Assembly (NCBI RefSeq): GCF_031769215.1
Contig: NW_026782625.1
Span: 1-64,000, forward strand
Direction of reading: 5' to 3'
DNA from: Ylistrum balloti
Taxonomy: Eukaryota
DNA length: 64,000 nt
Positions 53,164 to 64,000 of this stretch are shown in pieces. Below the pieces are notes generated by a model. The model made no database searches. It saw only the letters and a program-made list of their open reading frames with translations, and was not told the DNA's origin. The position numbers were made by a program, and so were the translations under genes. Each line of letters begins with the position of its first letter. The first letter of the stretch is position 1.

Positions 53164-53298
53164 CTGTACTACATGTGCTTCCCATCCATCCTGCTGTACA
53201 TCCAGGTGAATCACACATACCGTCTGTACTGTTACAACCAGAGTTAGAACAGTGACAAGTCTGGTTACAATCCCGTCCAAACGTTTGATTGACACACT
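53164..53298 (-). CDS. Gene A EGF exon 7 (CVNQTFGRDCNQTCHCSNSGCNSTDGMCDSPGCTAGWMGSTCST)
   Basis: 135 nt, 8 Cys, AG/GT. Confidence 0.88.
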
Positions 53299-53653
53299 CT
53301 GTAAAGTCAAATTCTTACTACAACTTAATATAACCATCAATTAATGTATCCTTTGATTATAAGATCGATCGTAAAAAAGAATATTTGAAGTTTTGTTTTT
53401 ATACATATTTATTACAATTGGCGTTTGATTTGCATGTCTCTTATCAAATTCCGTATTATAAGAGAGACAACATCAAAAGTAAATATATAGAAAAGGTTTA
53501 TATCGTGTAACTTTTAGAAGTGTTAGTTATCATCACGAATTTCTAAGATTATTTCTTGAATTTCAATATTAAGTTTGTGCTAAGAGTAAGTGCTGTGGTC
53601 AATAATTAAGAATGCAGAACTGTTTGCATGAAAATTTATTCTTTTATGATTAC

Positions 53654-53788
53654 TTTGAATACATGTGTTTCCCATCCATCCTTTTTCACATCCAGGTGTA
53701 ATACAGAAACCGGTCGTCTTGTTACAGTCAGAGTTAGCACAGTGGCAGGTCTGGTTGCAGTTTTCTCCAAAATTATGACGTTCACATT
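53654..53788 (-). CDS. Gene A EGF exon 6 (CERHNFGENCNQTCHCANSDCNKTTGFCITPGCEKGWMGNTCIQ)
   Basis: 135 nt, 8 Cys, AG/GT. Confidence 0.88.
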
Positions 53789-54529
53789 CTAAATATCAAA
53801 TTCCATGTTCAATATTGATTTATATATACTTATGAATTGAACAATAATAAAATTTTATTAACTGTATCTAACAACAAAAACTAAAAAAAAAGTGTGTACT
53901 TATCTATGTTTTTAAGCACGCATGACTACAGATAAAGAAGTATTTAGTTAAGACAAAACATTGCATGTCTATGTTTATCCTTCTTTACGGCAAATGCGAC
54001 GAAATGTTATTCCCAAATCAACGTTCGATTTTGTGCTCTTAATTCACAATTTATTATCCTAACCTCACATTTTCTATTCAAATTCAAGCGAAAATGAAAG
54101 CGTTTCAAAAATATGAAAACGCGATGATTACAGACGCGTTGACAGGGGGCACACGGATGCACGATATTGCTACATACCATTGAAGTAGCATTGTTATAGA
54201 AAGAATTCAAGGCTTTTTTTTCAAATTAGAAATTTCTATTCCATTTTGTACAATACATAGCAGTTAAAACAACTTGGTATCGGTCAATCCACGATTGTTT
54301 CGTACAAACCAGTAACAATATCGACTTTGAGCTTTAGCCCAATGATATAAATACCTCCAAACCACAAAGATGTAGTTATCATCTCAGGACTGTCTGAGAA
54401 ACATTCTGAAATAATGCTTGTTTCATTGTACATTTTGATATGAATTTGACAGTTTTAGTTTTGAAACACACTGATGACCTGCTGATTGTAGTCAGAAAAC
54501 ATTGACTGTATTTTCATATTAAACGTGAT

Positions 54530-55300
54530 GTAATGTGATGCTCCCCCGATAGCTTGAGTGCTACGTTTACTCTCAATCTATACAGAGCTGCCTGCTCCAG
54601 AAGTGATAAAGGACCCTCGGCTACCTGGCTGAACAGGTGAATAACTTAAAACAATAAATAAAAAGAAGTATAGACGAGGACAGTACCTATGTCCTCCAGA
54701 TCAGGACGTCGGGTATCGTGTCTTGCGATAGAGCAAACATCCAGCCTGTACCACGACACCGACCTCGTACCCTGAACCACTCAGGCAGAGATAGTCCGTC
54801 ACCCGACACAAACAGCAACTGACAATCACTGTCCCCAAGAAAACACTGACCAACGACCGACCACGTGCCCTGGACCACTCACAGTCCTTCTATCTCTCGA
54901 CAGAGCCAGTTCCTGACACAACCTATCACTATGGTCTGCAACCTACGTACAACAACAAAGTAAGGTCACCTGACTGCACTTGCCAGAGTTGCATTTGGGG
55001 GCACTCTTTACCCAGGGGCATCTGGCATGCCCAATACCAATCACACTAACACCACCCACAATGTACCATATCAGAGTAGTCTTTTCAGGTAACCCCTAAT
55101 ACAGGAGCTTCTAGCGTTGGTACTATGTGCAATGATTTACCTTTGCTGCTTTATAGCCATTTTAAAGACCGCTTTTCAATATGCTGCAAAATATTCAACA
55201 TAATTTCCAACCCAGGCTATTAGTGGTAGCCCGCTTTTATGTACTGACAGTCTTGTGAAGCTCAAGTACCAGGGCATTTGCATAAATAATCATTTATCTA
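54530..55300. mobile_element. GC-richer probable retroelement relic inside the 2.55-kb unit (second copy about 57085-57850)
   Basis: Compositional contrast with AT-rich flanks; no termini or motifs could be fixed. Confidence 0.25.
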
Positions 55301-55715
55301 AGAATCAACAATTACATTACAATATAATCATATTTATATAAGAAACTGTTTTCTTTCTCATTAATAAAAGAATAATTAGAAATGATTGGCTATCACTTTA
55401 AATCATCTTCTAATTAGTAGTCAAATATGATTAACGGGAGTAGAAAAACCTTTACCTAACGTTACTTAAACGGGGATAACTATAATGAAAATCATCACAG
55501 AGACATACACTGGCATATTGGACACATTTTCTTTACAAGAAGAGCATCTGGTGTATGACATAATTTCAAAAGTATTACGTTAGAATGACATGGTATTAAA
55601 CTAGCTATCCTGACTTTAACATTTTTGTATTAAGATTTTGTTCCTTCTTTTAAAAAGATGGTCAGTTAGAATATGATGATAACGCTACGATTATCTTTTA
55701 TCTGTCATTAATTAC

Positions 55716-55850
55716 CTTTACTACAAGTCCTTCCCATCCATCCTACTGTACATCCAGGTGAATCACACATACCGTCTGTACTGTTACAACCAGAGTTAGC
55801 ACAGTGACAAGTCTGGTTACAATCCCGTCCAAACGTTTGATTGACACACT
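55716..55850 (-). CDS. Gene A EGF exon 5 (CVNQTFGRDCNQTCHCANSGCNSTDGMCDSPGCTVGWMGRTCSK)
   Basis: 135 nt, 8 Cys, AG/GT. Confidence 0.88.
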
Positions 55851-56208
55851 CTGTAAAGTCAACTCATACTGTAACTTAATATAACTATCAGTTAATGTAT
55901 CCTTTGATTATAAGATCGATCGTAAAAAAGAATATTTGAAGCTTTGTTTTTATACATATTTATTACAATTGGCGTTTGATTTGCATGTCTCTTATCAAAT
56001 TCCGTATTATAAGAGAGACAACATCAAAAGTAAATATATAGAAAAGGTTTATATCGTGTAACTTTTAGAAGTGTTAGTTATCATCACGAATTTCTAAGAT
56101 TATTTCTTGAATTTCAATATTAAGTTTGTGCTAAGAGTAAGTACTGAGGTCAATAATTAAGAATGCAGAATTGTTTGCATGAAGATATATTGTTTTGTTT
56201 ATGATTAC

Positions 56209-56343
56209 TTTGAATACATGTGTTTCCCATCCATCCTTTTTCACATCCAGGTGTAATACAGACACCGGTCGTCTTGTTACAGTCAGAGTTAGCACAGTGG
56301 CAGGTCTGGTTACAGCTTTCTCCAAAATTATGACGTTCACATT
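56209..56343 (-). CDS. Gene A EGF exon 4 (CERHNFGESCNQTCHCANSDCNKTTGVCITPGCEKGWMGNTCIQ)
   Basis: 135 nt, 8 Cys, AG/GT. Confidence 0.88.
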
Positions 56344-58270
56344 CTAAATATCAAATTCCATGTTCGTTATTGATTTATATATACTTATGAATTGAACAAT
56401 AATAAAATCTTATTAACTGTATCTAACAACAAAAACTAAAAAAAAGTGTGTACTTATCTCTGTTTTTAAGCACGCGTGACTACAGATAAAGAAGTATTTA
56501 GTTAAGACAAAAACGTTGCATGTCCATGTTTATCCTTCTTTACGGCAAATGCGACGAAATGTTATTCCCAAATCAACGTTCGATTTTGTGCTCTTAATTC
56601 ACAATTTATTATCCTAACCTCACATTTTCTATTCAAATTCAAACGAAAATGAAAGCGTTTCAAAAATATGAAAACGCGATGATTACAGACGCGTTGACAG
56701 GGGGCACACGGATGCACGATATTGCTACATACCATTGAAGTAGCATTGTTATAGAAAGAATTCAAGGCTTTTTTTCAAATTAGAAATTTCTATTCCATTT
56801 TGTACAATACATAGCAGTTAAAACAACTTGGTATCGGTCAATCCACGATTGTTTCGTACAAACCAGTAACAATATCGACTTTGAGCTTTAGCCCAATGAT
56901 ATAAATACCTCCAAACCACAAAGATGTAGTTATCATCTCAGGACTGTCTGAGAAACATTCTGAAATAATGCTTGTTTCATTGTACATTTTGATATGAATT
57001 TGACAGTTTTAGTTTTGAAACACACTGATGACCTGCTGATTGTAGTCAGAAAACATTGACTGTATTTTCATATTAAACGTGATGTAATGTGATGCTCCCC
57101 CGATAGCTTGAGTGCTACGTTTACTCTCAATCTATACAGAGCTGCCTGCTCCAGAAGTGATAAAGGACCCTCGGCTACCTGGCTGAACAGGTGAATAACT
57201 TAAAACAATAAATAAAAAGAAGTATAGACGAGGACAGTACCTATGTCCTCCAGATCAGGACGTCGGGTATCGTGTCTTGCGATAGAGCAAACATCCAGCC
57301 TGTACCACGACACCGACCTCGTACCCTGAACCACTCAGGCAGAGATAGTCCGTCACCCGACACAAACAGCAACTGACAATCACTGTCCCCAAGAAAACAC
57401 TGACCAACGACCGACCACGTGCCCTGGACCACTCACAGTCCTTCTATCTCTCGACAGAGCCAGTTCCTGACACAACCTATCACTATGGTCTGCAACCTAC
57501 GTACAACAACAAAGTAAGGTCACCTGACTGCACTTGCCAGAGTTGCATTTGGGGGCACTCTTTACCCAGGGGCATCTGGCATGCCCAATACCAATCACAC
57601 TAACACCACCCACAATGTACCATATCAGAGTAGTCTTTTCAGGTAACCCCTAATACAGGAGCTTCTAGCGTTGGTACTATGTGCAATGATTTACCTTTGC
57701 TGCTTTATAGCCATTTTAAAGACCGCTTTTCAATATGCTGCAAAATATTCAACATAATTTCCAACCCAGGCTATTAGTGGTAGCCCGCTTTTATGTACTG
57801 ACAGTCTTGTGAAGCTCAAGTACCAGGGCATTTGCATAAATAATCATTTATCTAAGAATCAACAATTACATTACAATATAATCATATTTATATAAGAAAC
57901 TGTTTTCTTTCTCATTAATAAAAGAATAATTAAAAATGATTGGCTATCACTTTAAATCATCTTCTAATTAGTAGTCAAATATGATTAACGGGAGTAGAAA
58001 AACCTTTACCTAACGTTACTTAAACGGGGATAACTATAATGAAAATCATCACAGAGACATACCACTGGCATATTGGACACATTTTCTTTACAAGAAGAGC
58101 ATCTGGTGTATGACATAATTTCAAAAGTATTACGTTAGAATGACATGGTATTAAACTAGCTATCCTGACTTTAACATTTTTGTATTAAGATTTTGTTCCT
58201 TCTTTTAAAAAGATGGTCAGTTAGAATATGATGATAACGCTACGATTATCTTTTATCTGTCATTAATTAC

Positions 58271-58405
58271 CTTTACTACAAGTCCTTCCCATCCATCCTA
58301 CTGTACATCCAGGTGAATCACACATACCGTCTGTACTGTTACAACCAGAGTTAGAACAGTGACAAGTCTGGTTACAATCCCGTCCAAACGTTTGATTGAC
58401 ACACT
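58271..58405 (-). CDS. Gene A EGF exon 3 (CVNQTFGRDCNQTCHCSNSGCNSTDGMCDSPGCTVGWMGRTCSK)
   Basis: 135 nt, 8 Cys, AG/GT. Confidence 0.9.
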
Positions 58406-58757
58406 CTGTAAAGTCAATACATACTGTAACTTAATATAACTATCAGTTAATGTATCCTTTGATTATAAGATCGATCGTAAAAAAGAATATTTGAAGTTTT
58501 GTTTTTATACATATTTATTACAATTGGCGTTTGATTTGCATGTCTCTTATCAAATTCCGTATTATAAAAGAGACAACATCAAAAGTAAATATATAGAAAA
58601 GGTTTATCGTGTAACTTTTAGATGTGTTAGTTATCATCACGAATTTCTAAGATTATTTCTTGAATTTCAATATTAAGTTTGTGCTAAGAGTTATTCATGT
58701 TTTCAATAACTAAGAATACAAAATTGTTTGCATGAAAATTTATTCTTTTATGATTAC

Positions 58758-58892
58758 TTTGAATACACGTGTTTCCCATCCATCCTTTTTCACATCCAGG
58801 TGTAATACAGACACCGGTCGTCTTGTTACAGTCAGAGTTAGCACAGTGACAGGTCTGGTTACAGTTTTCTCCAAACGTATGTCGTCCACATT
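58758..58892 (-). CDS. Gene A EGF exon 2 (CGRHTFGENCNQTCHCANSDCNKTTGVCITPGCEKGWMGNTCIQ)
   Basis: 135 nt, 8 Cys, AG/GT. Confidence 0.9.
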
Positions 58893-59331
58893 CTAAATAT
58901 TCAATCCCATGCTCGTTATTGATTCATATATACGTATGATATTCAGTAATGTCAAAACGACAACAAGGTGAAGTTATGTTTTTAGATTGACGTCTGAAAA
59001 AGTACAAGTATGATTGCGCCAAGTGCCTCGGAAAAGTATGCGTCTTCTGCTTCATCATCAACCTTGTGCATTTTGGTCAATCAACGTAAGTAATATCACG
59101 TTCACATTGAGAGCATGGTAAAAAAAAACAACGGAACCAAAAGGTATTCTAACGAGCATCAAACACGTCCAACTTCATATCGCATAAAAAAATAGAATAT
59201 TTCTCATCAAAATTTTAATGATAATTTCAATGTTAGAGCGTGTTTCGGGCCGTATATCGAAGTAGCCAGCCCTTTTGAATGTTTAATTTTCCTGAATATG
59301 ACTTATTACATGATCGAAACAGGTCAAAAAG

Positions 59332-60773
59332 TAGGTGTTAAGCTTCATTACCATCCATATAAGGATCCCCTCTATAGTATTTTGATCCCCCTTGTGAATT
59401 TTATTTTAAACTTCATAACTTTATAAATATAATGAGATATGATGGGTAACTGTGTCTTGGACTTGGTCACTGATACCTGGGTTACCTGTACAGGTGTGAT
59501 ACACCTGTGGAGCCAAGGCTGAAGAGGTCAAGCTCCAGATTACCCTGTACAGGTAGTGATTGACAGGGGCTTAAATGATGACTGCTTACATAATTACTCT
59601 ATAATAACCTGTCCCAAATATACTTCATGGAAAATAAGTTTATGGATGCAATGGAGAATTTTTATATACATGTATGCATGTAGACTTCTGCATATATATG
59701 TGCAAAGAGAAAATTAACAGTTGACCTAGAACGATATATTTTGATGAAAGAGAGATTTTAGGGTCAATAATGATAAACAGAAAGAGACGTACAATAAGAA
59801 AGTAGTATTTTTAAATTGAAAAGGAGAAAATTAGTTACAATTAATGTCGAAATTATAAATACAAAGTTTACAAACAATATACAATTCTGAACATGTATGC
59901 AGAGTGGGAATTTAACACTTAGTGATGCATATATAATTAAAACTTTGAGGTAAATATATATTTATATCAGAGACATATATATAACACATATATATGTCTT
60001 TGTATATATATAAGAAATCATTGTATAACTTCTGAGGTAAAAAGGAAATAATTATTTACCAATAATGTACATTTTTATTAATCAAGTCACTTACAGGAAA
60101 GAAGATACAACATACATGCATGGAATAAAAACAAATGATACCAAATAGAGGGGTGGGAGGTGTAGGGGGAGAGGAGGGTCATTGTTACAGATATAATAAA
60201 AATCAGAGAGATATAAGGGAGTATGATGAGATATAAAGGGAGATCAATATATGATAGCCATCAGAATAGTATCTAGTGGGGTATGATGAGATATAAAGTG
60301 GGATCAATATAAAAGATGTGAACATTAGACAAGGTTTTGTTTATTAGATAACTGTTAAGCAATTTATTTGCAAGTTTTAATATTCATGCAAATATGAATA
60401 TATCAATTTTAAAGTGGAAAATGTATATTAAACACAGCTTTTATGTAAAATGATGACCTCAGTCAATCTGTAATGGAATTTATCCCTCGGTATACCTGCA
60501 ATGTACATATGGGTGCTCACTCAGGTTTGATCCCTCTACCCTTAATCCTCTTATGTAATTGACTGGTTGGCCAGGTGTAATTAACAATTTCACAGCTAAC
60601 ATAACACCTATCATCATATTTTCACTATCGCCTTAAATATATGCATATATGCATTGTTAATATAACTTCTCTTAAGGGGATCAAAAAACTATAGGGGGCA
60701 TCATTTTCTGAAGGCTAGAAAAATGATCCGGATCCTTTTCTGATGGAGGGATCCAAATATGATATGACACCGG
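59332..60773. mobile_element. Degenerate non-autonomous DNA element with subterminal inverted repeats
   Basis: GATCCCCTCTATAGTATTTTGATCCCC near 59365-59390 is inverted as GGGGATCAAAAAACTATAGGGGGCATC near 60676-60702; the right end is ...ATATGACACCGG. Confidence 0.5.
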
Positions 60774-61955
60774 TCAAACCACTGTTGTATCGTACAAACC
60801 AAATTACCATCCATATCATTAATTTGGCCTTATACGTCAGTCACAGGAATAAATTGAAGACGTTTTCTAGTAGAAGATTGTTACGTTTTGCTTGCTAAGA
60901 TTGTAAGGTTGGATTTCGTTAATGCAAGTAACTATGCTGTATCAGAATCAGGAAAAAAAATGAATTTTTAGTCATAAACATAAAATATGTTTCAATAAAA
61001 CGTTTTGCTTTTTCGTTTCAAAAATACAAATCAGGTATTTGAAAGATGTGTTTCAGAAACGAAGTTTCGATGGTTAATTATGAATACAGTGTCCATTTCT
61101 AGATGTTATTTATTTCACAGGTTTTACGTATGCTACTGCGACCTTTCGAATGTCCGGTCAGATATTATCAATCACACTACTAATGTTCCTGTGTTACAGT
61201 AAACGTGCTTTCCGACGATTAAACTTTTAAATGGCCTTAAAGATGAATGTTTTAAAGAGTTTCAACAAAAAGATAACTTTTCGAATAAATTATTGTCATG
61301 TTTGGTTTATAACATTACAACGTCGATGTGTTCAGACATGTTCAGAAAAGGTTGTATTTAAGAATATTAGAGCTGGTTTTGGTGGTCAAAAAGTTCCGAA
61401 TGATATTAATATTTTAGTTAGAATGCAAAAAAGCTCTTTAGAACAAATAATGACCCTTAAATATATGTTGTGGGTTTTTTTATTATTATTATTTTTTTTT
61501 TTTTTTTTTTCAAACTTGCTTTTTTCACCCTTAATCTGCCGTGAAATATAAGTTAAAATATTCATAGAGCTAGAACCACATGGTATCTTCTTATTTATTC
61601 AGCCCTGAAGCTCTCGACTATTCCGGAAAACATGCAAAGAAATTAGCTCTTAAAAATGAAATTAATTACTTAGTCACACATTCAATTGTACACTACAGAA
61701 TAGATCAAAACAAACTGCTTAGAGGCTGCAAATATTCCTCTTGAAAAATGAAAGAACACTGAAATTCCGTAATAAACTCAACAAATATTCTCTGTTTAAA
61801 GACAACTTTTTACATTAAAAACACATTTACTATATGTAAATGATATGAAAGTCTTATTCCCTACCCTCTTCCCTTTATTTTTCCTCGGTTGTGTGACACT
61901 TACAGTCATATGTGCTTACGATTAAGTTACTTTAACTTGACAATGAACAATCTAC

Positions 61956-62090
61956 CTTGATCACAAGCATCACCCATCCAACCAGCAGAACATTCCGGGT
62001 TGAAACATATCCCCGTCAGTTGGTAACAGCCGGATGTGGCACAATGACAAGTCTTACTACATTCTTGTCCAAATTTACCTCGACCACAGG
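61956..62090 (-). CDS. Gene A EGF exon 1 (CGRGKFGQECSKTCHCATSGCYQLTGICFNPECSAGWMGDACDQ)
   Basis: 135 nt, 8 Cys, AG/GT. Confidence 0.9.
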
Positions 62091-62410
62091 CTATAAAAAG
62101 AATATTTTTCATGTGGCATTAACATGTTTGTAATCAATTATTGTTATTTTGACGATCATTTGCATCTTCCAATTATACTTTCATTATGTTACTATCCTGT
62201 CGGGCCATGTTATGTGAAACAATTAAGTTTAGTTCGTTTAACTTTCATTCATGCATGTCACAAAATCAGTTGCTATATTTCTGTATTCCTCATAAACTGT
62301 ACACGCCGATACAGTATATCTTATCAAAAATGATAATTCGTCCAAAAGGAAAACCAACACATACACTTGTTATTTCATCTGTTAAATGAATCACTACACA
62401 TAATAGCTTG

Positions 62411-62678
62411 TGTAAGGTGACATCATTGACAGCTAACCACGCCACTTAATGTCATTTAAAATGCATTCATGAGCGAGCACGTAATTTTACAAACGAAATA
62501 AGAATGAGACGTCAGTCCGTCGGATAAGTAATGATTGCAACACACCGAGTAAGCGATGGCCAGTAATGAAATAACTGGAATGAGAGGTGCTGTATTTATA
62601 TCGGCGATGAAATAGCAAAAGTATCCTACAACACATGATTCAATGAACGGAGAGGAGCCGATCATTAGTCGGATTACA
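62411..62678 (-). mobile_element. Possible solo LTR
   Basis: TGTAA...TTACA termini and an internal TATAAAT on the minus strand; no clear TSD. Confidence 0.35.
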
Positions 62679-63249
62679 AGAAATAATAGTTGAAGGAGAA
62701 CAGTAGAGAACGTCAGCAGATGATTTTTTCCATGAAGAGTATGGTCCTTGGTGGTCGCATCAACACCATACCCTAGGGAGGCAGGGAGTTAACCCAAAAT
62801 TCAAAACTTTACAACTGGATAAATGAGACAATCACGGTTATCATACAGCTGTTGGAAAGCTATCCATGTTATTTTCGTTTTGGGAAGAGATCAAGATAAT
62901 CGACTAATTTAGAATCGTCTGTCCTTAAGGATGTGGTCGTGGTTGTATCCGATAATTGTTTAGATGATAGGTTTATAGCCAGGAGACACCAACGACACAC
63001 ATAATCACAATCCGAACTCAGATTCAATAAAAATAGGGCAACATATTAACTAAAGAAAGTTTTACATGGAGACTCCTGCAAAAATTACAAGGGGAAAAAG
63101 ACCAGGAGTTCCGGAAGAGAATATCCTTCTGTTCCCTCGATAAATTCAGTCTCTTATGAAAACTAAAACAAATCAGACACACGCTGGATAGAGTTTGTTC
63201 CCTTAAGTTATTCATTAGGGTGAAAGATATTTCAGAACACTGTACAAAC

Positions 63250-63510
63250 CTTCTAGTACTTGAACTTCACACAGCTCAATAACTGCATTACTATCCGAAT
63301 AATACGAAGGAGGTGAAGGCCGGAACTCAGCAGGACGTTTGTTGAAAAATATGACGTATTGACCTGAGACAGGACATGATAGTGACACAATGTAGGAGGG
63401 CAGACCAGGTCCGTGGTCATGGTAACATAAATAGTCTCGACTCAGCGCTTGGGAGTTATTATAGGAACTGTTTGATATATAGAGGTAAAACCCGGACATT
63501 TGAAAGGTGT
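63250..63510 (-). CDS. Gene A FTP second half (TFQMSGFYLY...GQYVIFFN...IELCEVQVLE)
   Basis: 261 nt, tttag/gtttgt; paralog of 30306-30566. Confidence 0.9.
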
Positions 63511-64000
63511 CTAAAAAACAAAGCAAAATACTTTTTTAAAAAAGTAACCAAAACGATATCATGATACATTAAACATAATGAATTCTACATCCTGACAATG
63601 GCTTTATCAGTGTGTGTCAGGAACATTCAGTTCATTCCACATGCAATTGATAGGTCCACAATAAATGAAAATAGTTATGTTAACACGTAGATATTCATTG
63701 TAAGATCATTACAACGCATTGTCGAACATAACACCTTTATACCCTAAAACAAGTCTACCTAAAACATAAGCCTGTCATGAAAATAAGCATGAAGTTTCTT
63801 AGATAAATTAACCTGCATTTGCTTACCATTAGAGAAAAGTCTAAGCCTCTTATTGTAGAGTTACTTGATAACTCGTCGTTCTACTTTATTGATTCTTTGA
63901 ATGGTCATGGTCATTTATCGACACGTCACATGATTAATTTCTTCGTTATATGCCATCATTTATGAAAGAAATTAAAGGTCTAACATAATCAAATTGCATT

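Larger units (their letters stand above)
52960..58930 (+). repeat. Tandem array of a two-exon cassette with a period of about 2.55 kb (third unit partial)
   Basis: Exon offsets of 2552/2555 and 2555/2549 bp; 54000-55500 and 56550-58070 are near-identical. Confidence 0.96.
48445..63510 (-). other. Gene A (5'-partial): paralog of gene B; FTP second half-(EGF)x8-linker-TM-tail
   Basis: Exons homologous to gene B in the same order and phases, joining in frame; the 5' exons lie beyond the right edge. Confidence 0.85.

Noticed and set aside
54007-57432. Duplicated 63-67 aa ORFs (MNSFYNNATS..., MVQGTWSVVG...)
   Set aside because: Identical only because of the 2.55-kb duplication; no domain signature or splice context.

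Overview
AT-rich eukaryotic DNA, most likely a bivalve mollusc (inferred from gene content and repeat types). The window holds part of a head-to-tail minus-strand cluster of three paralogous type-I membrane receptor genes, reconstructed by hand from GT-AG exons that the ORF track mostly misses. Gene B is essentially complete (ATG at 40317 to about 6.7 kb): signal peptide, F-type lectin (fucolectin/FTP) domain 1, a double EGF exon, FTP domain 2, ten intact 135-nt phase-1/1 EGF-laminin-like exons (plus two dead ones), a linker, one TM helix and a short tail, about 935-950 aa. Gene A (63510 to about 48.4 kb) shows the second half of FTP2, eight intact and two dead EGF exons, linker, TM and tail. 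Gene C is represented only by its signal-peptide exon (461-380). The EGF stalk is turning over rapidly: independent tandem cassette duplications (3x0.78 kb, 3x2.55 kb, 2-3x2.4 kb), gene-conversion tracts, a chimeric exon and pseudo-exons. The lectin domain differs between paralogs at predicted sugar-contact positions. Also present: a 69-bp minisatellite whose single-copy ancestor is visible in the paralogous segment, an internally deleted IS630/Tc1/mariner element with a convergent second ORF, a MITE, a tRNA-SINE and several degraded TE relics. No prokaryotic features or CRISPR array. All alignments were done by eye and no database searches were run.
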